From Candidatus Wukongarchaeum yapensis (lineage in GTDB: Archaea > Asgardarchaeota > Wukongarchaeia > Wukongarchaeales > Wukongarchaeaceae), in the NCBI GenBank assembly GCA_016840425.1, contig JAEOSI010000097.1:1-7874 (forward strand): a stretch of 7,874 nt of DNA, given 5' to 3'. Shown here in pieces: positions 1 through 7,050 of this stretch. Each line of letters opens with the position of its first letter. Within the stretch, counting starts at the first letter, position 1. The position numbers were made by a program, and so were the translations under genes. The notes under the pieces were generated by a model. The model had not been told where the DNA came from and made no database searches. It was given only the letters and a program-made list of their open reading frames with translations.

Positions 1-1
1 G

Positions 2-1450
2 CTCTTTGTAAAAAACGATCTTCAAACCCTTTGTTTTACCGTTTCGAGAAAAATGGCTGAACTAATCACTTTATGGTCAAAGACGGAACTAAAAGAGTCT
101 GAACCAGGTCTCACAGATAAGATCACGGCGTATAGAGCAGGCTACCTCCCAGAGGAAAGGAGAGAGATTGAGGACAAACTGAAAAAAGGGTTCTTAAAAG
201 GCGTAACCTCGACCAACGCACTAGAACTGGGAATAGACATAGGCACCTTGGACTCCGTAATAATTTCAGGCTACCCTGGAACGGTTGTATCGACATGGCA
301 ACAGGCTGGAAGAGCTGGAAGAGGAATCGATGAATCTATAGCGGTTCTAGTGGCCTTTCAAAACCCTTTAGACCAATATTTCATGAACCATCCGAAGATG
401 TTTTTCGACAGATCCCACGAACACGCAATAATCGACACAAACAATCCTTACATACTATCAGGTCACCTGTTATGCGCTGCCTCAGAATTACCCGTCAGAT
501 CGAACAGCGATAGGCCCTATTTTGGAGAGGACTTTGATCCTATGTTGAGGGCTTTCAAAGAACAAAACCTACTCCAAAGAACTTCAAGCGGATGGGTATA
601 CATAGGAACAGGAAGAGCTGTAGATGTTGTAAAACTTGACAATATCTCCTCTGAAACCTTTAAAGTGATATGTAACGGAGAACTGTTAGAGACAATGGAC
701 AGGACACAAGCATACAGAGAAGCACACGAAGGAGCGGTTCTACTACATCAAGGAGAAACCTACATTGTGGAAGACCTAGACTTAGAAAACCTGATCGTTC
801 AAACCAAAAAGAGGGAAGTAGATTACTATACTGAAGCTATGAAGATAGTGGATATAGAAATCTTAGAAGAAATTGAAAGAAAGAAGGTTGGCGACCTTAA
901 GATATCGCGTGGAGAAGTAGTAGTAGATGAGCAATACGTAGCTTACAAAATAAAGAGATATGACGAAACATTAAGCACAGAATCCTTAGACTTACCGTCC
1001 TTAATTTTTAAGACAGAAGCGCTATGGTTCACAATACCAGACGCCGTACAAAAGAAAATAGAAGAGGAAAAATCAGATTTTTGCGGAGGATTACACGGTG
1101 CAGAACATGCGATGATCGGAATACTGCCTTTCCACGTCATGTGCGACCGGTGGGACATAGGAGGTGTATCCACGCCAAATCACTCGCAAACAGAAAAACC
1201 CACTATCTTCATCTACGACGGATATGAAGGGGGAATAGGGCTAACTGAAAAAGCTTTCAAACTAATAAAAGAGATAATAAAAATGACCCATGAACTCGTA
1301 AAAGACTGTAAATGCGAAGTAGGATGTCCAGCATGCATATACTCCCCAAAATGTGGAAACGACAACCAACCCCTAGACAAAAAAGCAACCATAACAATAC
1401 TAAAAGAACTACTCAACCTAACAGAAAAAAACAAGGACAAAAGGCCCTAA
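2..1450 (+). CDS. SF2 DEAD/DEAH-box helicase with C-terminal DUF1998 Zn-binding domain (Hrq1/MrfA(YprA)/SftH-like); 5'-truncated by the window edge
   Basis: The frame is open from base 2 (LFVKNDLQTLCFTVSRKMAEL, motif IV-like), so the Met at 53 is internal. It has motif V TSTNALELGIDIG, motif VI QQAGRAGR, the DUF1998-type GGLHGAEHAMI and IFIYDGYEGGIG segments, and the terminal Cys cluster CKCEVGCPACIYSPKC. Confidence 0.92.
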   Translation, partial: LFVKNDLQTLCFTVSRKMAELITLWSKTELKESEPGLTDKITAYRAGYLPEERREIEDKLKKGFLKGVTSTNALELGIDIGTLDSVIISGYPGTVVSTWQQAGRAGRGIDESIAVLVAFQNPLDQYFMNHPKMFFDRSHEHAIIDTNNPYILSGHLLCAASELPVRSNSDRPYFGEDFDPMLRAFKEQNLLQRTSSGWVYIGTGRAVDVVKLDNISSETFKVICNGELLETMDRTQAYREAHEGAVLLHQGETYIVEDLDLENLIVQTKKREVDYYTEAMKIVDIEILEEIERKKVGDLKISRGEVVVDEQYVAYKIKRYDETLSTESLDLPSLIFKTEALWFTIPDAVQKKIEEEKSDFCGGLHGAEHAMIGILPFHVMCDRWDIGGVSTPNHSQTEKPTIFIYDGYEGGIGLTEKAFKLIKEIIKMTHELVKDCKCEVGCPACIYSPKCGNDNQPLDKKATITILKELLNLTEKNKDKRP

Positions 1451-1521
1451 TGCCTTTTAAGACGTGATTTGCCTTTGTAGTAGATTTTTGGGTTTTAATC
1501 TTTATTTTGGGGGGTTGTGTT

Positions 1522-2358
1522 TCACCATTTCATTCTCTTTCTGTATAAGACTCTTATGATATATCCGACCATGTTCAGCACTACTACGATCATAAGCAGA
1601 ACGATTGCCATGGCATAAGCGCGGTCATAGGTTGCTCCTGGACTGGTGACTAATTCTACGAATAGTTGGTATGTGAGAAGAATCACTGGATCGAAAATTG
1701 TATGCGGATTACCTCTTGTTAAAAAAACTGAACACGTGAAAAGTATGGCGGCTGTTTCCCCCGCGACTCTGCTCATTCCGAGGATAGAACTGGTTGCGAG
1801 TCCCGGTGCGGCTGTCGGTAAGACTACCGTTCTTATGGTTTCCCATTTTGTGGCTCCTAAGGCCAAAGCAGCTTCTTTGAATGACGCCGGTACCATTAAT
1901 AAGGCTTCTTGGGATCCTCTAACTATTATAGGGAGGACCATGAATGTTAATGTTAGCCAACCTGTAAGGAGAGATACTCCAAAACCTAAGAATATGGCAA
2001 AAAAGGCGTATCCAAAAAGTCCGAATACTATGGAAGGAACTCCGGCTAAATTGTTTAAAGCTTGAGTAATTATTCGATTAGCCCTGCCTTTTGGGGCGTA
2101 CTCCACAAGATATATGGCTGTAGCTAAACCTATCGGTGTGGCTATTAATATTGTTCCACCCAGAAGGAGAAAAGTACCTACTATTGCTTCATAAATTCCG
2201 CCTTCTAGAACGCTTGTAGTCATCAATTCCCAACTTATTGCACCTGCTCCGTTTGTTACTATGAACAAAAAGACAGCTATGAAAACAAAGATCACTATAA
2301 CCACTGGAATTGCTAGGAGAAAAGGTACTGCTTTTTGCCTTATATTCTTAACATTCAT
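1522..2358 (-). CDS. pstA: Phosphate ABC transporter permease PstA
   Basis: Multi-TM protein with LAGVPSIVFGLFG, the EAA loop (EAALALGATKWET) and RVAGETAAILFT. Its ATG overlaps the pstC stop (ATGA, 2355-2358). Confidence 0.95.
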   Translation of the reverse strand: MNVKNIRQKAVPFLLAIPVVIVIFVFIAVFLFIVTNGAGAISWELMTTSVLEGGIYEAIVGTFLLLGGTILIATPIGLATAIYLVEYAPKGRANRIITQALNNLAGVPSIVFGLFGYAFFAIFLGFGVSLLTGWLTLTFMVLPIIVRGSQEALLMVPASFKEAALALGATKWETIRTVVLPTAAPGLATSSILGMSRVAGETAAILFTCSVFLTRGNPHTIFDPVILLTYQLFVELVTSPGATYDRAYAMAIVLLMIVVVLNMVGYIIRVLYRKRMKW

Positions 2359-3320
2359 ACCATGATCACGCCCCTCTTAGTCCTCCTTACATAAATGTCT
2401 GCAGCAGTGTTTACCACAAATGTAATTATGAACAGCATTATGCCTAAAGCAAACAAAGCATGCCAATGTAGGCTGTATGCAGGAGTTTCTCCCATCTCTG
2501 TGGCTATTGTAGCCGTCGCAGGTAGTACAGGGTCAAGATAATCATAAAACGGGGACGGAAGTAGGGGTACAGAACCAGCAATCATCAAAACAGCTATAGT
2601 TTCTCCTATTGCTCTTCCAAAAGCAAGCATTATAGAAGCCACAATACCTGGCTTTGCTGTTGGAAGAACCACACCCCTGATAGTCTGCCATTTTGTCGCT
2701 CCCAGCGCCATTGAAGCCCTCCGATACTGTTGAGGAACAGCCTCGATAACTTCACTAGAAATGCTTACAATCGTTGGCACTATCATAAACGAAAGGACTA
2801 TTGCAGCAGTTAGCGCCGTTCTGCCAACCGGCAGATCAAAGAAATCTGCAACTCTTGGAGCAACGAAAACTAAACCAAAAAATCCCCAAATTATTGAAGG
2901 AATTCCTGCTAACAACTCAATAAAAGGTTTAATAAAATCCGCTGTCCCGCGAGGAAGATATTCTACAAGAAATATGGCAGCAAAAACCCCGATAGCAACA
3001 GCTAATATCACACTTCCAAAAACGATCATAAATGAGCCAAAAAAAAGCGGAGCAGCCCCATATCTACCATAACCAGGCGACCAACTTTTTCCAAATAAAA
3101 AGTCTAAAACACCTATTTCCTTGAAAGCGGGAAGTGCCGCCTGAAAAACAAAAACGGTTATCAAAAATAGGATTAAAATCGACGAACAGGCTAATATAAA
3201 AAGAGCTATCTCTTCTTTTTCTTTTTCCCGAATTTGTCTCATCTTAGAAATAAAAGAAGAAAAATTATCTTTTAAACCGTTTAAAAATTTTTGAAACTTA
3301 GATTCGTCTCTTTTTAACAT
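2355..3320 (-). CDS. pstC: Phosphate ABC transporter permease PstC (start probably ATG 3320; the ORF extends to TTG 3347)
   Basis: Motifs FLFGKSWSP, ELLAGIPSIIWG, RASMALGATKWQT and RAIGETIAVLM. A GGAG SD (3327-3330, minus strand) lies 6 nt upstream of ATG 3320. Confidence 0.95.
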   Translation of the reverse strand: MLKRDESKFQKFLNGLKDNFSSFISKMRQIREKEKEEIALFILACSSILILFLITVFVFQAALPAFKEIGVLDFLFGKSWSPGYGRYGAAPLFFGSFMIVFGSVILAVAIGVFAAIFLVEYLPRGTADFIKPFIELLAGIPSIIWGFFGLVFVAPRVADFFDLPVGRTALTAAIVLSFMIVPTIVSISSEVIEAVPQQYRRASMALGATKWQTIRGVVLPTAKPGIVASIMLAFGRAIGETIAVLMIAGSVPLLPSPFYDYLDPVLPATATIATEMGETPAYSLHWHALFALGIMLFIITFVVNTAADIYVRRTKRGVIMV

Positions 3321-3394
3321 GTTCAACTCCATCTTTTCAATGTTCAAACTTCTTTTAGGTATTTCGATTATTTTTAAAAAATAAATATTTAGAG

Positions 3395-3411
3395 GAGCAT
3401 TTGCTGGAATT
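3395..3411 (-). repeat. 17-nt motif AATTCCAGCAAATGCTC, copy in the pstS-pstC spacer
   Basis: Exact match to 7592-7608. It is in sense orientation, 26 nt after the pstS stop. Confidence 0.7.
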
Positions 3412-3437
3412 TTTTCAGGTTATAACTTCTTGTAACT

Positions 3438-4367
3438 TTATTCTGTTGGATAAATGGCTATAAAACCTACTTCTTCAACGATTTGTTGTCCTTTTGGGTT
3501 TTTCACGAAGTCGATGAATCTGTCAATTAGAGATCCGCTTTCTGGCACACCGTTTGTTACCATGTATAGAGATCTTGAAATTGGGTAAACACCGTCTGCC
3601 ACATTTTCGTTGGTAGGCTCATAATATGTCACGCCATCGTCACTTACCCAGACAGCGTCAATGGTCTCGTCTATGAAAGCTAAACCAACATATCCTATCG
3701 CATAGTCAGTATCTGCTACATTTTGTCTCATTTGAGGGTTGCTTGAAACTATAGAAGCATCATCTGATATTTGGAGTCCAAAAGGTTCCATTACTATTTC
3801 TTCAAAGCTTCCTCTTGTACCAGAACCTGGCTCACGATTATAGAGAAAGATGTTGTGATTTGGTAAACTCGGATCAACTTGATTCCACGTAGTTTTTTGT
3901 CTTGCGAAAATATTAGCAATTTGTTCTAACGTCAGATTTAATGGACTGCTTAAGCCTTGTGTTACTTTCGGATTTACGATAACTACTAGGCCGTCATAAG
4001 CTATTTCGTGACGGATTAATTCAACTCCTGCTGATGCTGCAGAAGCATATTCAGTTGACTTTGGCAGCCTAGAAGCAGCAGCTATGTCAGCTGTCCCATC
4101 TATTAGGGCCGCAATTCCCGTACCACTACCTCCACCACTAACTGAAACTATTGGTTCATCATAAGTTAACATAAACTTTTTTGCGCATTCACTAACTATT
4201 GGAAGAACGGTGGTTGAACCTGTTACGTAAATAGTCTCATATCTCCATGCACTATCTTCTGAAACGCTTTTACCGCCATCCTCTAACACTGGCGCTACCA
4301 CGAAAGCTCCAACGAGTAGTCCTGCTAACCCTATGAATAATAGCATGGTCCAGCTTGTACCGTTCAT
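3438..4367 (-). CDS. pstS: Phosphate ABC transporter substrate-binding protein PstS with an N-terminal TM anchor
   Basis: Motifs GSTTVLP, GGGSGTGIAALIDG, AAASR, REPGSGTRGSF and YPISRSLY. The N-terminal segment is hydrophobic with no lipobox Cys. SD GAGGTGA at 4373-4379 (minus strand). Confidence 0.95.
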   Translation of the reverse strand: MNGTSWTMLLFIGLAGLLVGAFVVAPVLEDGGKSVSEDSAWRYETIYVTGSTTVLPIVSECAKKFMLTYDEPIVSVSGGGSGTGIAALIDGTADIAAASRLPKSTEYASAASAGVELIRHEIAYDGLVVIVNPKVTQGLSSPLNLTLEQIANIFARQKTTWNQVDPSLPNHNIFLYNREPGSGTRGSFEEIVMEPFGLQISDDASIVSSNPQMRQNVADTDYAIGYVGLAFIDETIDAVWVSDDGVTYYEPTNENVADGVYPISRSLYMVTNGVPESGSLIDRFIDFVKNPKGQQIVEEVGFIAIYPTE

Positions 4368-4482
4368 TTAGTTCACCTCAGGCGTATGTAGTCTGAATTA
4401 ATTATATAGTTTATCTAAGTAAACTAAATAGCATGTAAATACTTTTATAGTTTTTATATAGTTTATTGACAGGGTGATTCCT
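4368..4482. promoter_or_regulatory. Divergent pstS/phoU promoter region with four TTWTATAGTTT-like 11-mers and TATA-like boxes
   Basis: 11-mers at 4402-4412 (TTATATAGTTT), 4443-4453 (TTTTATAGTTT), 4454-4464 (TTATATAGTTT) and an inverted 9/11 copy at 4421-4431. SDs at 4373-4379 (-) and 4473-4477 (+). Confidence 0.75.
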
Positions 4483-5511
4483 ATGAAATCTTCCGCACAG
4501 TTAAGGAAAGTTCAGCTGACTGGGGGTTCAACATATGTGGTTTCACTGCCGAAAAACTGGGCTAGAAGCGTGGGTTTAAAAGCTGGCGACCACGTAAAAA
4601 TAACCCCTCAATCCGGCACGTCACTACTAATATCTCCAAGGGAAGACATAGAGCGAAAAGAAGAGCTTTCAAAAGTTGTCATAGATGACTCAGCCGCAGA
4701 AACGGCTGAAGATGTTGTTAGAGAGCTAATTTCATGTTATTTAGTTGGCTACGATATAATCTCTTTAAAACTTGCGAAAAAAGCAACAGAGTACCGCTCC
4801 TACATTAAAGATGTTATGAGGCGAAAGTTAGTGGGGCTTGAACTCATAGAAGAATCTACGGATTATATGACCGCTCGTTGTATGCTTGGACACACTGAAT
4901 TTCCGGTCAAAGAAGCATTAAATCGCATGCACTCTATGGCTTTAGCTATGCACAATGACGCCATAACAGCTCTAAAAGAAGGTAATATCCCCCTTGCAAA
5001 CGAGGTAGAGCAAAGAGACGATGACGTGGATCGTTTATACTTCTTCGTTGTCCGACAACTGAAAATGGCCATGGAAAACAGGGTTACAATGGAAGAAATA
5101 GGATTAACAAATGCAAGAGACTGCCTAGGTTTCCGAATGATCGTCAAAAGCATTGAAAGAATAGCAGATCACGCTTCAAGAATAGCCGAAACAATACCCA
5201 AAATAGAACTCTCTAACATCGATGAAATCATCGATCCAATTTCAGAGATAAGCGAAATCTCCAACGATATTTGCAGAATCGCTATGAAAGCTCTACACCA
5301 ACTTAACGTCAAAAAAGCCAACCAATCCATAACGAAAATCGTTGAAGTAAATGAAATGGAGAAAAAGATACTAGAACAAATCCTCCAAACTAAATTAAAC
5401 ACTAAAACAATCATCGGTTTAAGACTTATCTTAGAAAGCATCCGAAGAATAGGAGAATACGGTACCGACATAGCAGAAATTGTCATAAACCTTGCAAAGA
5501 AATGGGCATAA
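4483..5511 (+). CDS. phoU: Archaeal phosphate uptake regulator: N-terminal AbrB/SpoVT-type DNA-binding domain plus PhoU domains (start probably ATG 4483)
   Basis: N-terminal RKVQLTGGSTYVVSLPKNWA is the AbrB-like signature. PhoU repeats EQRDDDVDRLY, KSIERIADHA and ESIRRIGEYGTDIAE follow. The track's GTG 4474 lies inside the GGTGA SD (4473-4477), which sits 5 nt before ATG 4483. The gene is divergent from pstS. Confidence 0.92.
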   Translation: MKSSAQLRKVQLTGGSTYVVSLPKNWARSVGLKAGDHVKITPQSGTSLLISPREDIERKEELSKVVIDDSAAETAEDVVRELISCYLVGYDIISLKLAKKATEYRSYIKDVMRRKLVGLELIEESTDYMTARCMLGHTEFPVKEALNRMHSMALAMHNDAITALKEGNIPLANEVEQRDDDVDRLYFFVVRQLKMAMENRVTMEEIGLTNARDCLGFRMIVKSIERIADHASRIAETIPKIELSNIDEIIDPISEISEISNDICRIAMKALHQLNVKKANQSITKIVEVNEMEKKILEQILQTKLNTKTIIGLRLILESIRRIGEYGTDIAEIVINLAKKWA

Positions 5512-5643
5512 CCATCCTAAAACCAATATCATTAAAAAAACAAGCACATAAAGAATGGAAAAAGAGGGAAAAAAACAAAACCCGATAAAAAAGTGTTCGA
5601 GAATACCGATATGAATAGAAGGTTTTAGTTTAAATGTCATTCC

Positions 5644-5770
5644 TAATAAAAAAAGTGGAACCAGTGAACTACTCCCAGCTTTCGCAGGGGGCTTCCTGTT
5701 TCAACGACGGGATCATTATTATTCATCCATCTTCACAGGCGTAAATTCGGACAGTCCCTGTCCTAATCTT
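5644..5770 (-). ncRNA. Putative TnpB omegaRNA/reRNA scaffold plus flank-derived guide; ends approximate
   Basis: Perfect hairpin GGACAG-GGA-CTGTCC (5749-5763); long stem CCTGT/ACAGG plus GATGG/CCGTC; RE hairpin; internal GTGAA (5732-5736) complementary to the terminal TTCAC (possible pseudoknot). A TATA-like TTTATA lies at 5792-5797 upstream. Confidence 0.55.
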
Positions 5771-5862
5771 CTATCTTGTTATTCTTATGATTATAAATAG
5801 TTTATTATTATTGTTCGGCTTTCATCCCCCAGCTTTCGCAAGGGGACTTCTCGCCGAAGAAG
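5664..5862 (-). mobile_element. 199-bp non-autonomous IS200/IS605-family mini-element (PATE/MITE-like) with both ends and no transposase or TnpB
   Basis: Two related imperfect hairpins with a GCGAAAGC core (minus strand): LE 5826-5845 and RE 5672-5691. They share the exact 13-mer CCCAGCTTTCGCA. The RE ends GTAGTTCAC and the LE is preceded by TTTAA. The tetranucleotides at the hairpin feet (AAGT, GAAG) predict the observed cleavage sites TTAA and TCAC under the IS608 guide/cleavage pairing rule. Confidence 0.85.
5719..5778 (-). pseudogene. tnpB: Relic of the tnpB 3' end (QDRRLGQGLSEFTPVKMDE*)
   Basis: LGQGLSEFTPV resembles, from my recall of the family, the C-terminal tail of IS200/IS605 TnpB proteins that overlaps the reRNA. 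It has no start codon and sits immediately inside the RE. Confidence 0.6.
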
Positions 5863-6059
5863 TTAAAAACCACATTTTGAGTGGTTTCATGAAAAAACGT
5901 CGTCCTATAATTTTAAAACCGGTGTTTCAAAGCGTTTTTATACAAACTTTTGATTAGAAAGGGTGATAAACCCATTGTGCAAAGTTAAAGCAAATTTTTA
6001 AACTTTAAAAAATACGAACGGTCTATAAAGTCCAGGCACACGTTTTAAGGGTGATTATT

Positions 6060-6815
6060 TTGAGTGAAAAGGCTTATGAATGGTTTGAAAAGGGCACAGA
6101 TGCCTATAAAAAAGGGAGGCTTGAAGAAGCATTAGAACATTATGAACGCGCCCTAGAAATTAATCCGCAGTTTGCGCGAGCATGGAACAGTAAAGGCACT
6201 ATTTTAGCCGCTATGAACAAAACTAAAGAAGCCCTTCAATGTTTTGATCACGCCGTAAAAAACGATAAGGGGTTCATAGAGGCTTGGATAAACAAAGGCG
6301 CCCTACTATATTCTTTAGGCGATAAAGAGTCCAGCAATGAAGCTTTGGGTTGCTTTGATCATGTCTTACAACTGGATCCAAAAAGCGCGGAAGCCTACTA
6401 CGGTAAAGGTATGACTTTAAACAACTTAGAAAGACACGAAGAAGCACTAGAACACCTAGACAAAGCCCTCGAAATAAGCCCAAATTACTTGGGAGCCTTG
6501 ACTGGTAAAGGAGTGATCGCATACGGCTTAGGAAAACTAGAAGAAGCCCTAGACAGCTTCGACCGCGTCCTCGAAATAAACCCCGACTTATACCTCAGCT
6601 GGCACAACAAAGGACTAGTTCTAGGACGCCTAGGAAAAATGGAAGAAGCCCTAGAATGCTTTAACCGCGCCCTAGAAATCAACAAAAACCACGCCGAATC
6701 ATGGGTAAACAAAGGACGCACCCTAAAAGTCTTAGGACGCGACGAAGAAGCATCAAAATGCTTCCAAGAAGCCCTAAAAATCAACCCAAACCTTGAAGAA
6801 ATCACGCCGAAATAA
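6060..6815 (+). CDS. Tetratricopeptide repeat protein with 7 TPRs and no other domain (start probably TTG 6060)
   Basis: Seven ~34-aa units of the form W/Y-x2-KG-x6-G-x3-EA-x3-F/Y-x2-AL-x3-P; unit 3 has a 3-aa insertion. The track's GTG 6051 lies within the GGTGA SD (6050-6054), 5 nt before TTG 6060. Confidence 0.9.
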   Translation: MSEKAYEWFEKGTDAYKKGRLEEALEHYERALEINPQFARAWNSKGTILAAMNKTKEALQCFDHAVKNDKGFIEAWINKGALLYSLGDKESSNEALGCFDHVLQLDPKSAEAYYGKGMTLNNLERHEEALEHLDKALEISPNYLGALTGKGVIAYGLGKLEEALDSFDRVLEINPDLYLSWHNKGLVLGRLGKMEEALECFNRALEINKNHAESWVNKGRTLKVLGRDEEASKCFQEALKINPNLEEITPK

Positions 6816-6985
6816 AAAACGAAGCAAAAAAAGAATAAAAGAGAACACTAAACCAAGTCAGCTCATCAAAACCCCCCACTTAGCCTGTAAAAACCTATTT
6901 TTTCAACTTCTTCTTAATCCATCTCGATAAGAATATTATAACCTCATAACGAGTCTTAGCAATAAACGAAAAAACCGTTAGTAGG

Positions 6986-7018
6986 CTAAAAAGCAAAAGA
7001 AAACGTTTTTATAAAATC
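6986..7018 (+). promoter_or_regulatory. 33-bp BRE/TATA-like promoter block, copy 1
   Basis: CTAAAAAGCAAAAGAAAACGTTTTTATAAAATC is identical to 7344-7376. It is a purine run followed by TTTTATA and ends 32 nt before ATG 7051. Confidence 0.75.
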
Positions 7019-7050
7019 TTTTTAACCTTGAGGGTTCAAGGTGGTAATTG

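Noticed and set aside
53-55. ATG 53 as the helicase start
   Set aside because: The frame is open and helicase-like from base 2, and the N-terminal RecA1 motifs (Walker A, DEAH) are absent, so the gene begins upstream of the window.
943-1440. Track ORFs 943-1173(-), 1024-1227(+) and 1213-1440(-)
   Set aside because: They lie inside the well-supported helicase gene and have no motifs or SD; they are shadow frames.
1646-3072. Track ORFs 1646-2065(+) and 2761-3072(+)
   Set aside because: They are antisense shadows of pstA and pstC.
3937-3944. TTTAA+TGG in pstS as a target of the putative omegaRNA guide
   Set aside because: Only 3 nt match after the TAM, which is chance level. I found no convincing in-window target.
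4863-5486. Track ORFs 4863-5153(-) and 5169-5486(-)
   Set aside because: They are antisense shadows of phoU; the A/C-rich sense strand suppresses minus-strand stops.
5431-5640. 69-aa hydrophobic minus-strand ORF that looks like a small membrane protein
   Set aside because: It overlaps the phoU 3' end by 81 nt and has no well-spaced SD. The F/L/I richness is expected from the complement of an A-rich trailer.
5674-5840. 13-bp direct repeat CCCAGCTTTCGCA as a CRISPR remnant
   Set aside because: There are only two copies, 154 bp apart, and no cas genes. The IS200/IS605 subterminal hairpins explain them.
5867-5887. Inverted repeat AAACCAC-N7-GTGGTTT abutting the IS left end
   Set aside because: It lies outside the inferred element boundary. 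A 7-bp stem in AT-rich DNA is not significant alone.
6274-6805. Track ORFs 6274-6522(+) and 6485-6805(-)
   Set aside because: They are alternate-frame or antisense shadows of the TPR gene.
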